From: Candidatus Omnitrophota bacterium
GTDB lineage: Bacteria; Omnitrophota; Gorgyraeia; Zapsychrales; Fredricksoniimonadaceae
NCBI GenBank assembly: GCA_015233675.1
Contig: JADFXH010000001.1
Span: 209,138-273,137 of the forward strand
DNA length: 64,000 nt
Direction of reading: 5' to 3'
This document shows positions 58,745 through 64,000 of this stretch, piece by piece. The position numbers were made by a program, and so were the translations under genes. The notes below the pieces were generated by a model that searched no databases, was not told the DNA's origin, and was given only the letters and a program-made list of their open reading frames with translations. How positions within the stretch are numbered: the stretch's first letter is position 1; every line of letters starts with the position of its first letter.

Positions 58745-59569
58745 TCAGCCTTTGAGCTTATCGTGGCTATCGAAGATGGTCACCTTAGTCCCGACAGGGA
58801 CAATATCATACAATTCTTCCACATCTTCATTTTTCATTCGTATGCATCCACCAGAAACCGATTGGCCAATAAGTTGAGGATAAATAGTCCCATGAATTCC
58901 ATATTTAGGTTTATCAAAGCCCAACCAACGAGTTCCTAACCAATTATCTTCTCTTCCCCCTGGCACAACCTCACCCCGATGATACCAAGTTGGAAAAGGG
59001 TATCGATACTTAATGGTGAATTCACCCAGAGGAGTGATTGTTTCCATTTTTCCGGTCGAAACATGATATTCTTTCACAATGTTTTTATTTTCCCTAAGCC
59101 AAAGTTTATTGGTCCCTTTATCGACAATGATTGTGAAAGGATGATCCCAAATAGATAACTCTTGGCCTTCTTTTAAATTATTTTCTTTTAAACCGTTTCT
59201 TTGCTTGATAAGTTCAATTGTAGTTCGATACTTTTTGGCAATCTTCTCCAAACTATCACCCCACAGCACTTTATAAAGCACTGATTCTGGAGACAAAACA
59301 CCTGAATGAATAAGTATAAAAGTAATCCTCCCCCACTCTTTTTTAACTTCTTCAATTTTGGAATATTTAGGAAAATGGTCAATAATCTTTACGAGATACT
59401 CACGCGACCTTAGAAAATCATTATTTTTTTTGGCCGCCATTGCTGACGTGTAAAGAACTTGCGCTTCGTCAATTAAAGAGACAGCTTTTTTCGATTCTTG
59501 GGCACAGCAAAATGATTGAAGAGTTAATAAAATCCCGATAGCACAGATGTGGCGCTTCACAAAAATCAT
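58745..59569 (-). CDS. L,D-transpeptidase with a LysM domain
   Basis: LysM (YKVLWGDSLEKIAKKYRTTIELIKQRNGL) and a YkuD catalytic motif HGT...SGGCIRM. Confidence 0.85.
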   Translation of the reverse strand: MIFVKRHICAIGILLTLQSFCCAQESKKAVSLIDEAQVLYTSAMAAKKNNDFLRSREYLVKIIDHFPKYSKIEEVKKEWGRITFILIHSGVLSPESVLYKVLWGDSLEKIAKKYRTTIELIKQRNGLKENNLKEGQELSIWDHPFTIIVDKGTNKLWLRENKNIVKEYHVSTGKMETITPLGEFTIKYRYPFPTWYHRGEVVPGGREDNWLGTRWLGFDKPKYGIHGTIYPQLIGQSVSGGCIRMKNEDVEELYDIVPVGTKVTIFDSHDKLKG

Positions 59570-59774
59570 AACAGTCTAGAGATTGCCCCCCAATACTGCA
59601 ATTAAAGCCTTTATGTTTAACCTTTAACTTAACGCTTTTTAAGCTCTGACCTTTTCTAAATTAGTTTAATGGGCGCTCTGCTTTACTTTGGCCGCGTTGA
59701 CAACCTCTTTGTATGAACGGTGTAAATTTGATCTCCATTGGGGCCAAATTCATGTCGTGTTCTTTGTTTTTTCT

Positions 59775-60659
59775 TCATAGCATCTGTGCCCCAAGGGCGT
59801 CTTTCACCGGATGGAGCCTGTACCAATACACCAGCTTTCTCTTTCTTATCCCGGTATGCTTCCTTTTATAGTTATCCAATTGCTTAATATAGTACCAAAA
59901 TTCATCTTCGGAAAGGTCTGATTTCATCTCGTTTAACAACGCTGAGGCAAGCACGACCTTTGTCGAATCACCTGGCGCAACATGTTCAAAAGTAAAGTGC
60001 CAGGCGCTTCTATAATCGTCAAAATCCAGCGGCATCCCGGTATAATAACAGACATGGCCATGCTTGCGCACATAATCCCAAAGGCTTTTAGCCGCCTCTA
60101 AAGGCAATTGACTCTCATCGATCCGGCGTGAGATTAAATGGCATTTGCGGCAAAATTGGGCATTATAAAAATAGACGGGTTGGCCGCAGATACAACATTT
60201 TCTTTCGCAACTCACCTGAACTTCGATGTCTTCACAGCCCTTGATATACTCCCGGTTCCAAAGGCTAAGCCTTATCTTTCTGACCGGTGTCCCCAAGCGC
60301 TTGAAGTCAGCCAACTGCCGGATCATGTACCAGAATTCTCTTTCCGTGAGGTCTGATTTCATGCCGTTGATTAATGCGGAGGTGAGCACCACCTTCCTGT
60401 TATCACCGGGCTTCCAGTGGTCAAGAACGAAATACCATGGGCTATGGGAATCAGTCACATCAAGCCGCATTCCCGTATAATAGCAGACATAGCCATGCTT
60501 GCGCACATACCTGTAAATTCTCCTGGCGGCTTTTCGAGGGAGCTTGGCCCTGTTCACATGGATAACCAGTAACGCGCAATCGCAGCAATATTTCGCAAAC
60601 TGTGAGGTAATCGTTCTACCGCAGACGGCGCATTTTTTGATTAATGTCTTTCGCGGCAT
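59775..60659 (-). CDS. internally duplicated Zn-ribbon + degenerate HNH-like nuclease-domain protein
   Basis: Two ~145-aa repeats. Each has CxxC...CxxC followed by YVRKHGxVCYYTGMxLD...W(Y/H)Fx(L/F)(D/E)Hx(K/A)PGDxxKVVLxSALxNxMKSDLxExEFWY. Confidence 0.6.
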   Translation of the reverse strand: MPRKTLIKKCAVCGRTITSQFAKYCCDCALLVIHVNRAKLPRKAARRIYRYVRKHGYVCYYTGMRLDVTDSHSPWYFVLDHWKPGDNRKVVLTSALINGMKSDLTEREFWYMIRQLADFKRLGTPVRKIRLSLWNREYIKGCEDIEVQVSCERKCCICGQPVYFYNAQFCRKCHLISRRIDESQLPLEAAKSLWDYVRKHGHVCYYTGMPLDFDDYRSAWHFTFEHVAPGDSTKVVLASALLNEMKSDLSEDEFWYYIKQLDNYKRKHTGIRKRKLVYWYRLHPVKDALGAQML

Positions 60660-60892
60660 ATCTATACTGCTTTCCAGAAAGGCTAAATGAGACGCTCAAT
60701 AAGAATACCGTCGCTTCATCACTGGCCCTAAAAGAACTTATTGGGGCCCCTAACACTTGTACCTGCACTAAACATTGCGGAGGAGCCGGGAGTCTACATC
60801 TAGCACTTATAACCACATTATTTCAAACAAGTTACACAATAATATGTCTTTCGCCCCACAGAAAACCCACGAATTTTAACACTTAACCCTTT

Positions 60893-61213
60893 TCACATGC
60901 CGCGATACACTGATGATCGATGAAGAATTAAAATCACGCCCACCTTCTTGGCTTCTCTATCAATCTCATAAACAACCCGATCCTTTCCTACCCGATAGCG
61001 ATACCACCGCACAGACTTTGGTGTTTTTAAAAGCTTAATATTAGGCCCTTGAAAAGGACTGATTTCTAAATCCTCAAAACACAAATTAAGACGATCAACT
61101 AGATCATCCGAAGCCTTATTATAAAATTTCTCGGCTTGACCTAAGAGGACAACTTCAAATCTATCCACGTTTGATCTTTCTCCAAGCAACACCCTTACCA
61201 GCTTTAAAGTCAT
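60893..61213 (-). CDS. type II toxin, RelE/ParE family
   Basis: C-terminal RVVYEIDREAKKVGVILILHR is the typical RelE/ParE end. Overlaps the upstream antitoxin gene. Confidence 0.7.
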   Translation of the reverse strand: MTLKLVRVLLGERSNVDRFEVVLLGQAEKFYNKASDDLVDRLNLCFEDLEISPFQGPNIKLLKTPKSVRWYRYRVGKDRVVYEIDREAKKVGVILILHRSSVYRGM

Positions 61214-61394
61214 GACTGGCTTTCATGCCTTCGGCTACTTCATGCGATGTTAAGCGGTCGCCAACCTTTTCCAAAATCAGTTCACGGATGAACCCCGTAA
61301 AGGTCTTGTACTCACCATCGCTGATCTTCTTTGCCTGCTGATATAGCGGCATAGGAAGCCGAACAACTACGTCTTTTCTTAATGCCACACTCAT
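61161..61394 (-). CDS. type II antitoxin (cognate of the RelE/ParE toxin)
   Basis: 77-aa ORF immediately upstream of, and overlapping, the toxin. Its upstream region holds GATATCA operator-like repeats. Confidence 0.55.
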   Translation of the reverse strand: MSVALRKDVVVRLPMPLYQQAKKISDGEYKTFTGFIRELILEKVGDRLTSHEVAEGMKASHDFKAGKGVAWRKIKRG

Positions 61395-61403
61395 GCCTAC
61401 CTC

Positions 61404-61470
61404 CTTATTTAGATATCATAAAGATATCATATTGATATCAATTTGTCAAAGCCCATTAATAAAAGCCCAT
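61404..61470. promoter_or_regulatory. candidate operator: three GATATC(A) half-palindromes plus a 14-bp tandem (gcccattaataaaa x2)
   Basis: tagatatcataaagatatcatattgatatcaa sits directly upstream of the antitoxin start. Type II TA operons are normally autoregulated. Confidence 0.4.
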
Positions 61471-61474
61471 TAAT

Positions 61475-61509
61475 AAAAAAACCGCACGTCAACTGATGTT
61501 AACTTGCGG
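61475..61509 (-). terminator. rho-independent terminator after the vapBC-like operon
   Basis: Minus strand reads CCGCA-(18-nt loop)-TGCGG followed by TTTTTTT. Confidence 0.6.
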
Positions 61510-61583
61510 TCCTTTGTAATAGCTGGTGGATCCGACTGCGACCAATCCGAACCTCTGGGGAGGTTCAGCTTAAGATTATCATA

Positions 61584-61725
61584 GAACCAAATACGCAAAT
61601 CGCAATATACCAAAAGCTTGCGATAAAGGTCAAACAATTACGTCAACTGGGCATGAGCAACCAAGAAGTAGCCAAAAGTTTAAAAATTGATCCCAAAACC
61701 GCGCTGCGGGCTTACCGGCATTGAA
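61584..61725 (+). pseudogene. remnant of an IS transposase N-terminal HTH
   Basis: IAIYQKLAIKVKQLRQLGMSNQEVAKSLKIDPKTALRAYRH* is an HTH typical of IS3/IS481/IS630-type OrfA. There is no upstream start and the remainder of the transposase is missing. Confidence 0.4.
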
Positions 61726-61733
61726 ACAATCCC

Positions 61734-62135
61734 TTAACTGGCATGGCAAAGAATCCAATACTCTCGAGGCGAGATAATAATAGTCCTTTTTATCTTCTTT
61801 AAGACCAGCATGTCCTTATCCCCTGTGATCAAATAATCTGCCTCACCGGACAAAGCCGTGGCGATAATCATGTGATCATTGGGATCTCTGAGATTTTCTA
61901 CAACGACGCGTTCAGGGGAAATCCATTGAGCCTGACTTTTTAAATAACGAATTATCTCTGAAGATTTCCTGGCAGGAATCTTAATCTTATCAATAAGAAT
62001 CCTCTCAACTTCCCCTGCTATAAAATCACCGCAAAGTATCGTGGTGTATTTTAAACAGTGCTCAAAAAGCTCATGACAAACCCCATGAGTTGCAAATGCA
62101 GCAACGAGGACATTAGAATCAAGAACAACTCTCAC
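61734..62135 (-). CDS. PIN-domain toxin (VapC-like)
   Basis: VVLDSNVLVAA N-terminal acidic motif, plus conserved Asp residues (ITGDKD). Confidence 0.75.
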   Translation of the reverse strand: MRVVLDSNVLVAAFATHGVCHELFEHCLKYTTILCGDFIAGEVERILIDKIKIPARKSSEIIRYLKSQAQWISPERVVVENLRDPNDHMIIATALSGEADYLITGDKDMLVLKKIKRTIIISPREYWILCHAS

Positions 62136-62356
62136 GTTTTTAGCCCCAAAATATCTTCATCCGTGACGAAGCCGACTTTTCTGGCATAACCCCTTACGTC
62201 TTTACTCAACTTGCGGAATTTGCGCACAGCTAAAAATTCCCTTAAAGAATCACGGACAAGATCACTAATGGGAACATGCTCACTACGACTAAGATCTTGC
62301 AACTCCTTTTGAAGCCCAACAGGCACTCGAACATTAATTAATTTAGAAATTGACAT
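62132..62356 (-). CDS. antitoxin (VapB-like, RHH/CopG-type)
   Basis: 74 aa. The 4-nt ATGA start/stop overlap with the PIN gene is typical of VapBC pairs. Confidence 0.6.
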   Translation of the reverse strand: MSISKLINVRVPVGLQKELQDLSRSEHVPISDLVRDSLREFLAVRKFRKLSKDVRGYARKVGFVTDEDILGLKT

Positions 62357-62665
62357 TTTGCAATCCTCCTGTAATACAATGTACTACATGCGTGCCTGTT
62401 TGTCAAGTTAATGTCTAACTTAAGGACCCTGCAAGGAAAAATAAAAAAAGTTGCCATACAAAAAGGCTATTAGGCGCCAATGTATGGTATCATTTTTATT
62501 AAAAAGGATGCGGTTCAGATATGAAAATGTAAAAATCATAAACCATTTAACTGCAATGGTTTACAAATTGGTGGAGGTGCAGGGAATGTCCGCCACCCTC
62601 GTCGCTGTTGCCCTGTTTTACCACCTTTTTTACCACCATTTTCCCCTCACTTGACATTGGTGCTT

Positions 62666-63289
62666 TCATATGTCTACAACAACAGGCTTGTTCACTAACT
62701 GGTAATCTTCATCTAGAACAGAACAATTGATATACGCGCTGTCACCTGTTTTCTTGATACCATAGCTACCATGAATATGACCAAATACCACATAAGGAAT
62801 TTTTAACTTTCGCATCCTCTTAGCCAAGCTTTTACTGCCTAAAGAGGCCCCTCCAGGAACAGCAGTATCTAAATGTCCATATGCAGGACCATGAACTAAA
62901 AGCAAATCAGTGCTTTTTGGTATTTTACTCCAATAATTTCGATCCAAATTCTCTTCCGTATCCATAAAAGCCCAGTCCATAAAAGTTCTGGTCATCGGGG
63001 AACCCCACAAAGCCATCCCATTAGGCAATTCATATCGCTCATTACGTAAATAAACAGCTTCGGTAAAATACAGTTTTATTTCATCAGGATGTTTTTCACA
63101 GAAAAAATCATGATTGCCGGCTATGACTATAATATGTTTATGCTTTAAGCCGGATAGCCAGCGATTGAAATTAACTAAATCTAAAATAGAGCGAAATTCA
63201 CCGTCCCCAGCAAAAAGCAGAACATCTCCTTCTGGAACTTTAATATTATTATGTTGGGTATGGGTATCGCCAATCGCTACTATTCTCAT
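62666..63289 (-). CDS. metallophosphoesterase (calcineurin-like)
   Basis: Motifs GDTH, GDGEF and GNHDFF. Confidence 0.8.
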   Translation of the reverse strand: MRIVAIGDTHTQHNNIKVPEGDVLLFAGDGEFRSILDLVNFNRWLSGLKHKHIIVIAGNHDFFCEKHPDEIKLYFTEAVYLRNERYELPNGMALWGSPMTRTFMDWAFMDTEENLDRNYWSKIPKSTDLLLVHGPAYGHLDTAVPGGASLGSKSLAKRMRKLKIPYVVFGHIHGSYGIKKTGDSAYINCSVLDEDYQLVNKPVVVDI

Positions 63290-63307
63290 AAGACTTTTAC
63301 ACTACAA

Positions 63308-64000
63308 TTACTTATTAACGTCGATTTGTAGGAAAAGATTGATACGTTCAACTTCTTTGACATATAGAGGCAAATCCTTTTGGGCACGTGCCAAAACCTT
63401 AAGAATATCTGCCCGCCAACCCTTGGGAAATTTTTTGAAACGATTAGCCATATCAGCAGTATCCACTATAACTGATGTGCAGATCGCCTGCTCAAGATCT
63501 TTGCCCCTCTTGTCCATGTTCTTTCGCCTAGCAGAAATAATTAATTTATGAAAGAAGTAGTTAGCTGGGCTTGGAACCCTAACCTTGACGCCCTCAACCG
63601 AAACGATTATAGAATCTTCCAAAAGAAGCCCCAAATAACGCAAAGGAACCGCTTTAAGACCAAGCTTCTTAAAATTAATAGGACCTGCCGATCCTCTTCC
63701 TTTTTCAGGGGTCAAAAATTCAATCACAAAATCTGCTTTCCAAAAGAATACAGAACCATCCCTTCTAAAATCACATCTAAACCCAAGCCCTTCGAGTTGC
63801 TGGGCAAACTCAAGGTGCTCCTTGCCATGAAATGGATTGGGAATTAAAAAATCTACGTCGTGAGTTACAAAAGGCAAAGATTTCGCCCCCAGATATTTCT
63901 GATAAATAAGAAATGACCAGCTACCGATGAGCTCAATACCCTCTTCGAATAGCCCGTTCTTTGCAAAAATCTTTAAAATCTCTTCTATAATCTTAAGCAC
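63308..64000 (-). CDS. nucleotidyltransferase-fold protein (Pol-beta superfamily-like), N-terminus at or beyond the window edge
   Basis: GSWSF...x20...HDVDFLI resembles the GS...DxD minimal nucleotidyltransferase motif. Confidence 0.45.
   Translation of the reverse strand: MLKIIEEILKIFAKNGLFEEGIELIGSWSFLIYQKYLGAKSLPFVTHDVDFLIPNPFHGKEHLEFAQQLEGLGFRCDFRRDGSVFFWKADFVIEFLTPEKGRGSAGPINFKKLGLKAVPLRYLGLLLEDSIIVSVEGVKVRVPSPANYFFHKLIISARRKNMDKRGKDLEQAICTSVIVDTADMANRFKKFPKGWRADILKVLARAQKDLPLYVKEVERINLFLQIDVNK

Noticed and set aside
61500-61570. Possible tRNA or tRNA 3-prime fragment (tggtggatccgac...ccgaacc)
   Set aside because: No acceptor, T-arm or anticodon structure could be folded. I treat it as a chance resemblance plus a small hairpin (GAACCTC/GAGGTTC).
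1-64000. rRNA genes, additional tRNAs, CRISPR arrays, large prophage
   Set aside because: No rRNA-like conserved blocks, no other cloverleaf candidates, no repeat-spacer arrays and no integrase or capsid genes were seen.

Overview
The window is a gene-dense stretch of a diderm bacterial chromosome at roughly 40% GC, with a few percent of intergenic DNA and almost every gene on the minus strand. I could not assign it to a taxon from the sequence alone. The diderm call rests on a secretin, TolC, DsbD and an OprO/P-type porin.

The first ~17 kb is housekeeping:
- rplY/ctc, prs, glmU, tRNA-Gln(UUG), ispE, a TPR protein and long-form hisG.
- A PpiD/SurA-like chaperone, TlpA-like and redoxin-like thiol-disulfide proteins, cutA, pgeF/yfiH, rmuC and an ABC-F ATPase.
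- rluB-like and rlmB-like rRNA modification enzymes, and dsbD.

An ~830-bp IS200/RAYT-like Y1 transposase element flanked by ~20-bp inverted repeats sits immediately upstream of dsbD.

A ~10-kb type IV filament locus follows (19.7-29.7 kb):
- A secretin, a PilM-PilN fusion, PilO-like and PilP-like proteins, a GspE/PilB ATPase and a GspF/PilC platform.
- Three prepilin-like genes and a TraF-like S26 signal peptidase; no A24 prepilin peptidase is present in the window.
- A divergently transcribed major pilin that is split by a +1 frameshift exactly at a G6 homopolymer, which is a candidate phase-variation switch.

The rest contains:
- a UDP-sugar dehydrogenase and a cytidylate-kinase-like gene, then a marR-tolC-emrA-emrB efflux operon;
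- a TrpB2 gene operonically coupled to a 590-aa protein with an HprK/P-like P-loop kinase domain;
- a sulfur module (CoA-disulfide reductase-rhodanese fusion plus two half-size YeeE/YedE transporter genes) whose promoter carries a 51-bp tandem repeat;
- three GT-C-like membrane proteins and an OprO/P-type porin;
- a frameshifted RND/MMPL transporter remnant next to a B12-binding radical SAM protein and a TetR regulator;
- an accessory-looking right end with an internally duplicated Zn-ribbon/HNH-like protein, two type II toxin-antitoxin pairs, an IS-type HTH remnant, a metallophosphoesterase and a nucleotidyltransferase-fold protein.

No CRISPR array and no rRNA were found. All functional calls come from motifs read in the ORF translations; no database search was possible.
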